Notes: generated from the sequence alone by a model not told the origin. 64,000 bases of DNA from Pseudomonadota bacterium (GCA_021783695.1 JAJXTO010000012.1:9857-73856); one strand, 5' to 3'. Shown: positions 20,798 to 31,665, numbered from the stretch's first letter. A program made the numbers and translations.

Positions 20798-20847
20798 AGA
20801 AAGAATTAAAACAGAAACCTTGTGAGATTGTGTTAATCAATGCAATC

Positions 20848-23016
20848 TCAGGCCGACAGCCAGTCGAACCCCTCGCCCAGCCAGCGGACGGCATGTTGCC
20901 GCGCGGCCTCCGGGGCGGTGCGCAGCAGGCGCTGCGCGGTGTCGCGGGCGGCTTCGAGCAGATCGGCGTCGTGCGCCAGATCGGCGTAGCGCAGACCCGG
21001 CACGCCCGACTGCCGCAGGCCCAGCAGTTCGCCGGGGCCGCGCAGTTCCAGGTCTTTTTGCGCCAGGGCGAAGCCGTCGGCCAGTTCGCGCATGGCCGCC
21101 AGCCGCTCGCGCGCGGTGGGCGACAGCGGCGAGGTGAACAGCAGCACACAGTCGGACTGCGCCGCGCCCCGTCCCACCCGCCCGCGCAGCTGATGCAGTT
21201 GCGACAGGCCGAAGCGCTCGGCGTGCTCGATCACCATGAGGCTGGCATTGGGCACATCCACGCCCACTTCGATCACCGTGGTCGCCACCAGCAGTCCGAT
21301 GTCGCCCGCTGTGAACGCCTGCATGGTGGCGCGCTTTTCCGCGGTCTTCATGCGGCCATGCAGCAGCCCGGCGCGCAAGGGCGGCCAATCCGCCGCGCGC
21401 GGCAGGGCGGCCAGCGCGGCGCTGAGTTCGGCGTGGGTGGCAACGGCGTTCTGCAGATCCAGCGTCTCGCTTTCCTCCACCAGCGGGCACACCCAATACA
21501 CCTGCCGCCCCTGCGCGGCCAGCGCGCCGACGCGGGCGACGAGATCGTCGCGACGCTCGGCGCTGAGGACCGTGGTGCGCACCGGCGTGCGGCCTGGCGG
21601 CAGGGTGTCGATGGTGGACACGTCCAGATCGCCGAACAAGGCCATGGCGAGGGTGCGCGGAATGGGCGTGGCGCTCATCATCAGCAAATGCGGCTGCAGG
21701 CCGCTGCCCTGCGTGCCGGCGCGCAGGCTGTCGCGCAGCGCCAGGCGCTGCGCGACGCCGAAACGGTGTTGCTCGTCGACGATGGCCAGCCCCAGCCGCG
21801 CAAACCGCACCTGCGCCTGAATGATGGCGTGCGTGCCGAGCACGAGCTGCGCCTGTCCGCTGGCGGCAAGCTGCAGGGCGGCCCCGCGCTCCTTCTTGCT
21901 CTGGCTGCCCGAGAGCCAAGCCACGCGCACCCCCAGCGGCTCCAGCCAGTCTGCCAGCTTGCGCGCGTGTTGCGCGGCGAGGATTTCGGTGGGCGCCATC
22001 AGCGCGCACTGCCAGCCCGCGGCAATGGCCTGGGCCGCGGCCAGCGCGGCCACCACGGTCTTGCCACTGCCCACATCGCCCTGCAGCAACCGGTGCATGG
22101 GCACGGGCCGCGCCAGATCGGCAGCAATCTCCGCCACGCAGCGCTCCTGCGCGGCGGTCAGGGAGAACGGAATGGCGGCGCGCAGCAGCGCGGGCAGGGT
22201 CTCCACGCCGCCGCCGTCCGGCATGGGCGGCGCCTTCCACTGCTGACGCGCGGCGCGGGCCTGCTGCTGCGCGAGTTGTTGCGCCAGCAGTTCATCGAAC
22301 TTCAGCCGCCGCTGCGCGGGGTGCGCGCCGACATCCAGCGCAGGCAGGGCCAAGGCAGGAGGCGCATGCAGCAGGCGCACGCTGGCCTGCAAATCCGGCA
22401 GATGATGGCGCGTCAACTCGGCCTGCGGCACCGTGTCATGCCAGTTCAGGCGGTTGAGCGCACTGTGCACCGCCTTGCGCAAATAGCTCTGCGGCACACC
22501 GGCGGTGGTCGGGTAGACCGGAGTGAGGGTTTGCGGCAGGGGCTCCTCCACGTCCACCACACGCCAGTTGGGGTGCACCATCTCCCAGCCGAACAGCCCC
22601 TGCCGCACCTGCCCGTGCGCCCGCAGCCGCGCACCAGGCTGCAGCAGCTTGAGCTGATTGGGGTAGAAGTAAAACAGCCGCAGCGTGAGTCCATCCTGCG
22701 GCCAATGGGCATCGCGCAGCCGCACCAGCAACTGCCGCCGCGGCGCGCGACCCTGCACCTCGGTGCCGATCACTTCGGCCTCGGTGGTGACGGTGGCGCC
22801 GTCGCGCAACGCATCCAGCGGGGTGAGCCGGGTCTCGTCTTCGTAGCGCAGCGGCAGGTGCAGCGCAATGTCCCAATCGCTGCGCAGACCCAGCCGGGCC
22901 AGAGGCGATGGCTTGGGCGACTTGGCCCGGCCAGCCTGGTCCGCATGCGGCGTGCGCCGGATCGGCGAGGGCCCGGCCGTGGACTCGGGCGGGGAGGGTT
23001 TGCGCGCGGCGCTCAT
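20848..23016 (-). CDS. recG: ATP-dependent DNA helicase RecG
   Basis: QGDVGSGKT, DEQHRFG, SATPIPRTL, QLHQLRGRVGRG, DLELRGPGE. Confidence 0.97.
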   Translation of the reverse strand: MSAARKPSPPESTAGPSPIRRTPHADQAGRAKSPKPSPLARLGLRSDWDIALHLPLRYEDETRLTPLDALRDGATVTTEAEVIGTEVQGRAPRRQLLVRLRDAHWPQDGLTLRLFYFYPNQLKLLQPGARLRAHGQVRQGLFGWEMVHPNWRVVDVEEPLPQTLTPVYPTTAGVPQSYLRKAVHSALNRLNWHDTVPQAELTRHHLPDLQASVRLLHAPPALALPALDVGAHPAQRRLKFDELLAQQLAQQQARAARQQWKAPPMPDGGGVETLPALLRAAIPFSLTAAQERCVAEIAADLARPVPMHRLLQGDVGSGKTVVAALAAAQAIAAGWQCALMAPTEILAAQHARKLADWLEPLGVRVAWLSGSQSKKERGAALQLAASGQAQLVLGTHAIIQAQVRFARLGLAIVDEQHRFGVAQRLALRDSLRAGTQGSGLQPHLLMMSATPIPRTLAMALFGDLDVSTIDTLPPGRTPVRTTVLSAERRDDLVARVGALAAQGRQVYWVCPLVEESETLDLQNAVATHAELSAALAALPRAADWPPLRAGLLHGRMKTAEKRATMQAFTAGDIGLLVATTVIEVGVDVPNASLMVIEHAERFGLSQLHQLRGRVGRGAAQSDCVLLFTSPLSPTARERLAAMRELADGFALAQKDLELRGPGELLGLRQSGVPGLRYADLAHDADLLEAARDTAQRLLRTAPEAARQHAVRWLGEGFDWLSA

Positions 23017-23158
23017 GCGATCATTCTAGAAATGCAAACGCCGCGGGCGCGCCGGACGGCGTCGCGCGGGAAGTTTGCCAAAATCCCCCCAGGTCTGCGG
23101 GTGATTGTCGATCTGGTTATAGTTGTTACACATTTCTGCAACTTGTTCCGGAATATTC

Positions 23159-23644
23159 ATGTTCGCCATCCTCTCCATTCTGCGCACAGCCTGGTTTTCC
23201 ATGCTGATGCTGCTGCTTGGGCTGATGCCGTTCATTCATGGACATCTGGGCCAGCCGGTTCAGAACGGCTGGCACATCCACGCGCTGTCCGCTGCGGCGG
23301 AGGTGCGGGCCAGTCCGCAATTCGATGGCCTGGCCTGCCTCGCCAACAACCACCGGCACGCCGCGCAGCAGACCGGTCTGGCCTTGCATGCGCCCGAACC
23401 GAGCGACATCGAACTGGCTGCAGGAATCGCGCAATCGCGTCTGCCGCAAATCCGCCTGGCCCACGCCTTCGTCGCCCAGGACGGCATCCCGGCGGCGCTT
23501 GCCTTCATCCTTGCATTCGCGTCGCAATCCTCATCTGCTGCGCTCACGGCCACCCACTGGCCGCAGACACCGGACAGCGCCCTGCCGCGCGTCCACCACG
23601 GCCTGCCACCTCCCGGACAGGCCCCGCCGTCCATTCTGGCCTGA
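23159..23644 (+). CDS. His-rich hypothetical leader protein (CzcI/DUF2946-like architecture) ending in QAPP
   Basis: N-terminal hydrophobic segment, HGH, WHIH and HRH motifs, C-terminal HHGLPPPGQAPPSILA; lies directly upstream of the RND operon. Confidence 0.65.
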   Translation: MFAILSILRTAWFSMLMLLLGLMPFIHGHLGQPVQNGWHIHALSAAAEVRASPQFDGLACLANNHRHAAQQTGLALHAPEPSDIELAAGIAQSRLPQIRLAHAFVAQDGIPAALAFILAFASQSSSAALTATHWPQTPDSALPRVHHGLPPPGQAPPSILA

Positions 23645-23769
23645 CGCGCTTGGGCGGCAGCACGCGCTGCCGTGTTACTGCGCTGCAACACGCGTGAAAC
23701 ACAGGCGCAACCTGTCACGCGGATGATCAATCCTGTCCCAGATGGAGCCCGGCATTGCCGGGATACAAC

Positions 23770-24864
23770 ATGTCCCCAGTCGTTATGTCGCGCACCCCGT
23801 TGGCGTGCGCCCTGTCCGCCAGTCTGCTGAGCCTGGCGCTCCTTGCCACTCCGCTTACGGCGCAAGCCGCCGCGCCCGGCATCATCAGCATCTCTGCCGA
23901 CCAGCAGACCGCGCTGGGCGTGCGCCTTGCCACGGTGCAGGCGGCCAGTGCCGCGCAGATCGACCTGCCGGCCCGCGTGACGGTGCCGCTGTCGCAGCAG
24001 GCCGTCGTCTCGGCGCCCGCTCCCGGACTGCTCACCCGCCTGCTGGTCAACCCCGGCGATACGGTGAAAAGCGGCCAGCCGCTGGCCGAACTGAGCAGCC
24101 CACAAATCGCCCAGTTGCAGCGCGAGCGCAGCGAGGCGCAGAGCCGCTATGACCTGGCGCAGCGCCAGTTGCAGCGCGACACCACGCTGGTGAACGAAGG
24201 CATCGTGCCCAGCGCACGGCTCGATGCCGCGAGAGCACAGAGCCGCGAGGCGCAGGCCATGCTGGCCGAACGCGATCTGGCGCTCAAGCTGGCCGCAGGC
24301 GGCACGGCGCTCAACGGCGTGGCGGTGCTGCGCGCACCGATCAGCGGGGTCATCACCGAAACCACGGCGCTGCCGGGTCAGCGGGTGGACGTGGCCGCGC
24401 CACTGTTCCGCATAGCGCAGCAAGGCCAGTTGTGGCTGGAAATCGACGCCAGTCCGCAGCAGGCCGCAGCGCTGCGGGTTGGCGCTGAAGTGGAGGTTCC
24501 GACACTGCAGGCCAAGGGCGTGGTGCAGGCCAAAGCCACCGCGCTGAACGCCGGGCAGAGCGTGCTGATCCGCGTGCGCGTCACCCAGCCTGGCGGCCTG
24601 CAGGCCGGGGGCGTGGCGCTGGCCCGCCTGAGTCTGCCGGCGCAGGCCGGGGTGTGGCGCGTGCCGCCCGCCGCCGTCACGCAGATCGCCGGCCGAGATG
24701 CCGTGCTCGTCACCACGGCAGAAGGCTTTCGCATCGTTCCCGTCACCGTCGTCGGCCGCCTGAATGACGCCGTGATGGTCAGCGGCCCGTTGAAGGCTGG
24801 CGACAAGGTGGCGGCCACCGGCGTGGTGGCCATCAAGGCGGCAGCTGGTGAGGTGGCCCCATGA
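23770..24864 (+). CDS. RND periplasmic adaptor (CzcB/CusB family)
   Basis: Signal peptide, lipoyl halves GDTVKSGQPL and LRAPISG, helical hairpin. Confidence 0.9.
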   Translation: MSPVVMSRTPLACALSASLLSLALLATPLTAQAAAPGIISISADQQTALGVRLATVQAASAAQIDLPARVTVPLSQQAVVSAPAPGLLTRLLVNPGDTVKSGQPLAELSSPQIAQLQRERSEAQSRYDLAQRQLQRDTTLVNEGIVPSARLDAARAQSREAQAMLAERDLALKLAAGGTALNGVAVLRAPISGVITETTALPGQRVDVAAPLFRIAQQGQLWLEIDASPQQAAALRVGAEVEVPTLQAKGVVQAKATALNAGQSVLIRVRVTQPGGLQAGGVALARLSLPAQAGVWRVPPAAVTQIAGRDAVLVTTAEGFRIVPVTVVGRLNDAVMVSGPLKAGDKVAATGVVAIKAAAGEVAP

Positions 24865-27800
24865 ATCTCATGTCCCTCACGCATGGCGCGCTGCGCCAGC
24901 GCCTGCTGACCCTCGGCGCCATGCTGGCGCTGGTGGTCGGCGGCATTGTTGCCTGGCGGGCGCTGCCCATCGACGCCTTTCCCGACGTGTCGTCGCCGCA
25001 GGTGAAGATCATCATGAAAGTACCGGGCATGACCCCGGAGGAGGTGGAGACCCGCGTGGTGCTGCCCATCGAGCAGGAGGTGCTGGGCATTGCCAACAAG
25101 CGCATCGTGCGTTCCACCTCGAAGTACGGCATCGCCGACATCACGGTGGACTTCGTGGAAGGCACCGATGTGTACTGGGCGCGGCAGCAAGTGGGCGAGG
25201 CGCTGGCCAATGTGCGCGGCGATCTGCCACCCTCGGCGATGGGCGGGCTCGCCCCCATCACCACACCGCTGTCCGACCTGTACATGTTCACCATCTCCGG
25301 ACCGGCCAGCCTGGAAGAAAAGCGCAGCGCGCTGCAATGGCTGATCCGCCCGGTGCTGCGCACCGTGCCCGGTGTGGCCGATGTGAACATGCTCGGCGGC
25401 GATGTGCGCGCGTATGCGGTACAGCCCGATCCGGCACGGCTGTCGGCCTGGGGCTTGTCACTCAACCAGTTGCGCGCCGCGCTGCAGACGAACAACAGCA
25501 ACGACGGCGCGGGCCGCCTGGACGAAGGTGAAGAGACGCGCATCGTGCGGGTGCAGGGCGCATTCGCCAGCGCTGATGACATTCGCAACACCGTCATCGC
25601 CACTGTGCGCGGCACGCCGGTACGGATCAGTGACGTGGCGCAGGTCAGTGTGGACAGCAGCACACGCTACGGCATCGTCACCGCAGACGGCAAGGGCGAG
25701 GCGGTCGAAGGCATCGTGCTCGGCCTGCGCGGCGCCAATGCGCAGCAGGTGATTCACGGAGTGAAAGCGCGTCTGGCCGAGCTGGAACCGCGTCTGCCGC
25801 AAGGCATGACCATCAAGGTGTTCTACGACCGCAGCCAGCTGGTCGAGCGCGCCGTGGGCACGGTGCTCGAAGCGCTGGGTGAAGCCGTGGTGCTGGTGGT
25901 GGTGATGCTGCTGCTGTTCCTGGGCAACTGGCGTGCCGCTCTCGTGGTGGCCATCACCCTGCCGCTGTCGGCACTGGCCACCTTCATCCTGATGCGCTGG
26001 TTTGGCCTCAGCGCCAACCTCATGAGCCTGGGTGGACTGGCCATTGCCCTGGGCATGCTGGTGGATGCCGCCGTGGTGGTGGTGGAAAACCTGGTCAACC
26101 ACATGAGCCACGACCCGGAACACGCGCCGGATCGCAACCCTGGCGGCGCCACCACCGACCGCCTGGGACGCATCCTGCGCGGCGTCTCGGAAGTGTCGGG
26201 GCCGGTGCTGTCGGGCGTGGCCATCATCGCCATCGTGTTCCTGCCGCTGCTCACACTCGAAGGGCTGGAAGGCAAGCTGTTCCGGCCGGTGGCGCTGACC
26301 ATCGTATTCGCTCTGGGCGCGTCGCTGCTCATCGCGCTGACCATCGTGCCGGTGATGGCCTCGCTGCTGTTGAAAACGACATCGCACACCGACCCCTGGC
26401 TGGTGCGCAAACTGTCTGCGGGCTATCGCCATACGCTCGACTGGAGTTTTGCCCACAGCCGCATGGTCGTGGCCGTGGCATTGCTCTCGCTCGTAGCCGC
26501 CGGCTGGGCCTATACCCGCGTGGGCAAGACCTTCATGCCCACGCTCGACGAAGGCGATGTGATCGTGCAGTTACAAAAGCTGCCTTCGGTCAGTCTGGGC
26601 GCCACCGCCGCGCTGGATCTGCGGGTGCAGCAGGCGCTGCTCAAAGAAGTGCCCGAGATCAAGTCCATCGTCGCCCGTAGCGGTTCGGACGATCTCGGCC
26701 TCGACCCCATGGGGCTGAACGAGACCGACACTTTTCTGGTCTTGAAGCCCGCCTCGGAGTGGAGGGGCAGCAAGGACGATGTGATCGCCGCCATGCGCAA
26801 GGTGTTGGAGCGCTTCCCCGGTGTGAACTTCGGCTTCACCCAGCCCATCGAGATGCGCGTATCGGAAATGCTCACCGGCGCGCGCGGCGACCTGGTGGTG
26901 AAGATCTTCGGCCCCGACATCACCCAGCTTGGCGACCTGTCGCAACAGGTGGCGCAAGTGCTCAAGGCCGTGCCGGGTGCGCAGGAGGTGCTCGCGGCGC
27001 GCCCCGAAGGGGTGCAATATCTCACGGTGCAGGTCGATCGCCTCGCCGCGGGACGCGCCGGGTTCGACGTTGCCAGCCTGCAGCAGGACTTGCGCGCACT
27101 GGTCGAGGGCCAGCCGCAGGGCATCGTGCTCGAAGGCGTGCGCCGCACCCCGCTGCTGCTGCGCGGCGGGACCGATCTACGCAGCAACCCGCAGGCGTTT
27201 GCGCATGTGATGATCACCGCGCCAGACGGCACGGCCTACCCGCTGTCGCAACTCGCCAAACTCACCCCCACGCAAGGCCCGGTGCTGGTGGCACATGAAG
27301 ACGGCAGCCGCTTCGCCTCGGTGCAGGCCAACGTGAGCGGGCGCGACCTGGTGAGCTATGTGGCCGACGCCAAGCAGGCCGTAGCCACCAAGGTCAAACT
27401 GCCCGAAGGCACGCGGCTGGAATGGGGCGGTCAGTTCGAGAACCAGCAGCGCGCCGCAGCACGCCTGGGGCTGGTGGTGCCGGTGGCGCTGGCGCTGATT
27501 TTCGTCCTGCTGATGACCACCTTCGGCTCCGTGCGGCAATCGGTACTGGTGTTCGCCAACATCCCATTCGCGCTCGTCGGCGGGGTGATTGCGCTGTGGG
27601 CCAGCGGGCAATACATGTCGGTGCCGGCCTCGGTCGGCTTCATCGCGCTACTGGGCATTGCGGTGCTCAACGGCGTGGTGCTGGTCAGTCACTTCAACGA
27701 GCTGTTGCAACGCGGCCTGCCGCTGCTGCAGGCCGTGCGCGATGGCGCCATGCGCCGTCTGCGGCCGGTGATGATGACGGCCACCATCACCGCGTTCAGC

Positions 27801-27992
27801 CTTATCCCGCTGCTTTCGGCCACCGGGCCGGGGTCGGAAATTCAGAAGCCCCTGGCCATTGTCGTGGTCGGCGGGCTGGTGAGTTCCACCGCCCTGACCC
27901 TGGTGCTGCTGCCCCTGCTTTTCGCCCGCTTCGGTCTGCCGCGCAAGGAGCGCGAAGCCGAAGCTGCGGTCAAACCGACGGAGAACGTCTGA
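24861..27992 (+). CDS. Heavy-metal efflux RND transporter (CzcA/CusA family)
   Basis: 1043 aa; LPIDAFPD, ANLMSLGGLAIALGMLVDAAVVVVEN, RLRPVMMT, GSEIQKPLA. Confidence 0.95.
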   Translation: MNLMSLTHGALRQRLLTLGAMLALVVGGIVAWRALPIDAFPDVSSPQVKIIMKVPGMTPEEVETRVVLPIEQEVLGIANKRIVRSTSKYGIADITVDFVEGTDVYWARQQVGEALANVRGDLPPSAMGGLAPITTPLSDLYMFTISGPASLEEKRSALQWLIRPVLRTVPGVADVNMLGGDVRAYAVQPDPARLSAWGLSLNQLRAALQTNNSNDGAGRLDEGEETRIVRVQGAFASADDIRNTVIATVRGTPVRISDVAQVSVDSSTRYGIVTADGKGEAVEGIVLGLRGANAQQVIHGVKARLAELEPRLPQGMTIKVFYDRSQLVERAVGTVLEALGEAVVLVVVMLLLFLGNWRAALVVAITLPLSALATFILMRWFGLSANLMSLGGLAIALGMLVDAAVVVVENLVNHMSHDPEHAPDRNPGGATTDRLGRILRGVSEVSGPVLSGVAIIAIVFLPLLTLEGLEGKLFRPVALTIVFALGASLLIALTIVPVMASLLLKTTSHTDPWLVRKLSAGYRHTLDWSFAHSRMVVAVALLSLVAAGWAYTRVGKTFMPTLDEGDVIVQLQKLPSVSLGATAALDLRVQQALLKEVPEIKSIVARSGSDDLGLDPMGLNETDTFLVLKPASEWRGSKDDVIAAMRKVLERFPGVNFGFTQPIEMRVSEMLTGARGDLVVKIFGPDITQLGDLSQQVAQVLKAVPGAQEVLAARPEGVQYLTVQVDRLAAGRAGFDVASLQQDLRALVEGQPQGIVLEGVRRTPLLLRGGTDLRSNPQAFAHVMITAPDGTAYPLSQLAKLTPTQGPVLVAHEDGSRFASVQANVSGRDLVSYVADAKQAVATKVKLPEGTRLEWGGQFENQQRAAARLGLVVPVALALIFVLLMTTFGSVRQSVLVFANIPFALVGGVIALWASGQYMSVPASVGFIALLGIAVLNGVVLVSHFNELLQRGLPLLQAVRDGAMRRLRPVMMTATITAFSLIPLLSATGPGSEIQKPLAIVVVGGLVSSTALTLVLLPLLFARFGLPRKEREAEAAVKPTENV

Positions 27993-29347
27993 TGAAAAAT
28001 CGATCCAAAACTCATGCCCTGCGGGTGTTGTCTGCAGCCCTGGCGCTTGCGCTGACTGCCGCACCGGGCTGGGTCACAGCGGCCCCGTCTGCAAAAGCGG
28101 GGGCCGCGCCCTCCCTGCAAATCGACCTGCCCGCCTTGCCAACCCTGAGCGACCTGCCCAGCCCCAGTCTGCCGCAAGCCGCCACGGTCGACCAACTCCT
28201 GACAGCCACCCCGATGCTGCGCGAAGCGCAGGCCATGCAGCAGGCAGCCGCACAACACGGCGCAGTGCTGCGCGCCGGGACAAACGAGTTCACCGGCCAG
28301 GCGCAGGTGCAGCAACGCCGCATCGAGTCGCTGCCGGACAGTGGGCACTACAACGAATGGCAGCTGCTCATCAACCGCCAGTTGCGTTTGCCCTCGCAGG
28401 CCCAGGCCGATGGCCGCATGGCCGACGCGTTGCAGATCTCCGCACAGGCCGCTCTGGTTGCGGCGCGCCAGCGGTTTCTCGGCGAGATGTTGACCGCCTG
28501 GTTTGCTGCGCAGCGTGCGCAGGCCGAGGCCGTGCTGGCGCAGCAGGATCTCGACTTGATCAACGCCCAGGTCAAGGCACTGCAGCGTCGTCAGTCCCTG
28601 GGCGACGCAAGCGTTCTGGAACTGGAGCAGATGCAGGCCGAGCAGGCCCGGTCGCAGGCGGCCCTGCAGCTGTCGCAGGGCATGGCGGCGAGCAGCCGCG
28701 CCGCCTTGTTCACACGCTATCCGCTGCTGGCGGGCAACGGCGGCTTGCAGGGACAGGCCGACGCCAGCGCTCTGACGCTGCCCAGCCTGAGCGCCGAGCA
28801 ACTGGGCGCGCAGGCTGCGCAGGCCAACCCGCTGCTGGCCGAGCAACGTGCCGCGTTGCAAAAGGCGCAGGCCATGGCCGCGCAGGCGCAGGCCGCGCGC
28901 ACGCCGCAGCCCACGGTGGGCGCTTACATCGGCTCGGATCGCGGGGGCAGCGAACGCATCATCGGCCTGCAGTTCGCCATGCCGTTTGGCGGCGCGGCGC
29001 GGGTGTCGCAAGAGCGTGCGGCGCTGGCAGAAGTGGACGCCGCGCAATGGCGGCTGCGCGATCTGCAGGCGCAGACCGAGGCGGAATTTCAGCGTCTCTA
29101 CGTCAATGCGCAGGCACAGCTTGGTGCCGTGAAAGCCAGCGAACAGGCCGCGCAGGTGCAGACCCAGGCCAGCACCCGCATGTTGCGCGCCTATCAGTTG
29201 GGCGAAGCGGGACTGTCTGACTGGCTGCTGGCCCGGCGCAGCGCGCTGGAGTCCACGCGGCTGGTGCTGCAATCGCGTTTCGACGCCGCAGCCTCCACGG
29301 CCCAACTCAAGCTGCAGACCGGACTGCTCTACGAGCTGGCGCCGTAA
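27992..29347 (+). CDS. Outer-membrane factor (TolC/CzcC family)
   Basis: Starts MKNRSKT overlapping the RND stop; signal peptide; helical OEP repeats, AYQLGE. Confidence 0.85.
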   Translation: MKNRSKTHALRVLSAALALALTAAPGWVTAAPSAKAGAAPSLQIDLPALPTLSDLPSPSLPQAATVDQLLTATPMLREAQAMQQAAAQHGAVLRAGTNEFTGQAQVQQRRIESLPDSGHYNEWQLLINRQLRLPSQAQADGRMADALQISAQAALVAARQRFLGEMLTAWFAAQRAQAEAVLAQQDLDLINAQVKALQRRQSLGDASVLELEQMQAEQARSQAALQLSQGMAASSRAALFTRYPLLAGNGGLQGQADASALTLPSLSAEQLGAQAAQANPLLAEQRAALQKAQAMAAQAQAARTPQPTVGAYIGSDRGGSERIIGLQFAMPFGGAARVSQERAALAEVDAAQWRLRDLQAQTEAEFQRLYVNAQAQLGAVKASEQAAQVQTQASTRMLRAYQLGEAGLSDWLLARRSALESTRLVLQSRFDAAASTAQLKLQTGLLYELAP

Positions 29348-29363
29348 GGCACCGCAACACATC

Positions 29364-29377
29364 AGGCAACGCGGAAC
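29364..29377 (+). repeat. 14-mer AGGCAACGCGGAAC, copy 2
   Basis: Exact copy in the 39-nt gap between the OMF gene and convergent dgt. Confidence 0.75.
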
Positions 29378-29386
29378 ACGCCCTCG

Positions 29387-30556
29387 TCAATAAACCGGCC
29401 AGTCGCGCATGGAAAACAGACGCTGGTGTTCGCGGATGGCGTAACGGTCGGTCATGCCCGCCAGATAGTCGGCAATGGCGCGCGGCTGCCGGGCGGCGTC
29501 CTCACGCTGATAGGCGCGCGGCAGCAGGCGCATCTCGGCGTGATAGGCCTCGAACAGTTCGGCCAGCAGACGCTGCGCCTTGGTGGTGTTGCGCAGCACG
29601 TCGGGATGACGGTAGAGCCGGTGCAGCAGCAGTTGCTGGAGTTGCTGCAATTGCTGCTGCACCGGGGCACTGAACGCGGCCAGGGGCGGCGCGGCGCGCA
29701 CGGCGTCGGGAGAGTCCACACCGGACTGCGCAATGCGTCGCGCGGTTTCCGCCACCAGATCGGCGATGAGCGCAGAGATCATCCGGCGGATGGTTTCGGC
29801 CACGAGGCGCCTCCCCTGCACAGCAGGATAGGCACGCCGCACCGCGTCCAGATGCCCGGCGAAGAACGGCACGGTCTGCAGTTCCTCCAGGTCGATCAGC
29901 CCGGCGCGCAAGCCGTCGTCGATGTCGTGATTGTTGTAGGCAATGGCATCGGCCAGATTGGTGATCTGCGCTTCCAGACTGGGCTGGCCGCCGTGCAGAA
30001 AACGCGCGCCGACGGCACCCAGCCGCTCGGCATTGCGACGCGAGCAATGCTTGAGCACGCCCTCGCGGGTTTCAAAACACAGGTTCAGGCCATCGAATGC
30101 GGCGTAACGCTCTTCCAGCGAGGTCACCACCCGCAGCGATTGCAGATTGTGTTCAAAACCGCCACCTTGCGGCGCAAGCCGGCGCATGCAGGCGCCCAGG
30201 GCATCCTGCCCGGCATGGCCGAACGGCGTGTGCCCCAGATCGTGCGCAAGGGCCAGCGCCTCGGTCAGGTCTTCGTTCACCTGCAGGGCGCGCGCGATGG
30301 AGCGGGCGATCTGCGCCACTTCCAGGCTGTGCGTCAGGCGGGTGCGGAACAGATCACCCTCGTGATTGAGGAATACCTGCGTTTTGTATTCCAGCCGACG
30401 GAAGGCCGTGCTGTGAATGATGCGATCGCGGTCGCGCTGGTAGCCGGTGCGGTCTGTCGGCATGGGCTCAACATGCTCGCGTCCACGCGATGTGGCGTCG
30501 CTGCAGGCATAGGGCGCCAACACGGAAAGAGCCGCTCCTCCCGCCCGCGCGGTCAT
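29387..30556 (-). CDS. dgt: dGTP triphosphohydrolase
   Basis: [38 protein letters not shown]. Confidence 0.95.
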   Translation of the reverse strand: MTARAGGAALSVLAPYACSDATSRGREHVEPMPTDRTGYQRDRDRIIHSTAFRRLEYKTQVFLNHEGDLFRTRLTHSLEVAQIARSIARALQVNEDLTEALALAHDLGHTPFGHAGQDALGACMRRLAPQGGGFEHNLQSLRVVTSLEERYAAFDGLNLCFETREGVLKHCSRRNAERLGAVGARFLHGGQPSLEAQITNLADAIAYNNHDIDDGLRAGLIDLEELQTVPFFAGHLDAVRRAYPAVQGRRLVAETIRRMISALIADLVAETARRIAQSGVDSPDAVRAAPPLAAFSAPVQQQLQQLQQLLLHRLYRHPDVLRNTTKAQRLLAELFEAYHAEMRLLPRAYQREDAARQPRAIADYLAGMTDRYAIREHQRLFSMRDWPVY

Positions 30557-31665
30557 GCAGCGTGCTCGGCCGGGCTCAGTCCCGCCCGCACATGCGCTGC
30601 AATGCTGGCTTGCGCCTCTGCCATTGCCGCGGCACGCAACACGGGCCGCCCCAGTCCGTGCAGCAGCACGAACCGCACTTCGCCGCCCTCGGTCTTCTTG
30701 TCCACCTGCATCCATTCGGCCCAGCGCGCCGCGCCCAGATCGGGCGCCTGCACTGGCAGACCAGCGCGGGCGATCAGGCGGGCCAGGCGTTCGGCATCCT
30801 GCCGCGGCAGCAATCCCAGACGCACGGACAAATCGGCGGCCAGCACCATGCCGGCGCCCACCGCCTCGCCATGCAGCCAGTTGCCGTAGCCCATGCCGGC
30901 CTCGATGGCGTGGCCAAAAGTGTGCCCGAAATTGAGGATGGCCCGCAGCCCGGCCTCGGTTTCATCCTGCGACACCACATGCGCCTTGATGCGGCAGCAG
31001 CGCGCCACGGCTTCGGCCAGCGCGGCATCGTCCCGCGCCATCAGCGCGTCGATATTGGCTTCCAGCCAGTCGAGAAAATCGACATCGGCAATCGCCGCAT
31101 GCTTGATGACCTCGGCCATGCCGGCAGACAACTCGCGCTGCGGCAGGGTGTGCAGCGTGGACAGGTCGGCCACCACCAGCCGCGGCTGGTAGAACGCCCC
31201 GATCATGTTCTTGCCCAGCGGATGGTTGATCGCGGTCTTGCCGCCCACCGAAGAATCCACCTGCGCCAGCAGGGTGGTGGGCACCTGCACGAACGGCACG
31301 CCGCGCATGTAACTCGCAGCGGCAAATCCGGTCATATCACCGATCACCCCGCCACCCAGCGCGAACAGCGTGGTCTTGCGGTCGCACTGATGGCGCAGCA
31401 GGTCGGTGAAAATCTGGTTGAGCGTGTCCCAGGTCTTGTATTCCTCACCATCCGGCAGCACGCAATGCAGCACGCGGGCGAAATGCGGCGCGAGACTGCG
31501 CTCCAGCCTGGCCGCATACAGCGGCGCCACGGTGGTGTTGCTGACAATCAGCGCCGTCGCCTGACGCGCGGCGGCGGCTGCGAACACGTCGGGAGAGTCG
31601 AGCAGGCCGGAGGCAATGCGGATGTCATACGCGCGGCTGTCCAGCGCAATACGAACTGTGGTCAT
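30553..31665 (-). CDS. aroB: 3-dehydroquinate synthase
   Basis: [46 protein letters not shown]. Confidence 0.97.
   Translation of the reverse strand: MTTVRIALDSRAYDIRIASGLLDSPDVFAAAAARQATALIVSNTTVAPLYAARLERSLAPHFARVLHCVLPDGEEYKTWDTLNQIFTDLLRHQCDRKTTLFALGGGVIGDMTGFAAASYMRGVPFVQVPTTLLAQVDSSVGGKTAINHPLGKNMIGAFYQPRLVVADLSTLHTLPQRELSAGMAEVIKHAAIADVDFLDWLEANIDALMARDDAALAEAVARCCRIKAHVVSQDETEAGLRAILNFGHTFGHAIEAGMGYGNWLHGEAVGAGMVLAADLSVRLGLLPRQDAERLARLIARAGLPVQAPDLGAARWAEWMQVDKKTEGGEVRFVLLHGLGRPVLRAAAMAEAQASIAAHVRAGLSPAEHAA

Noticed and set aside
20830-23697. 955-aa plus-strand ORF
   Set aside because: Antisense to recG, with no recognisable motifs.
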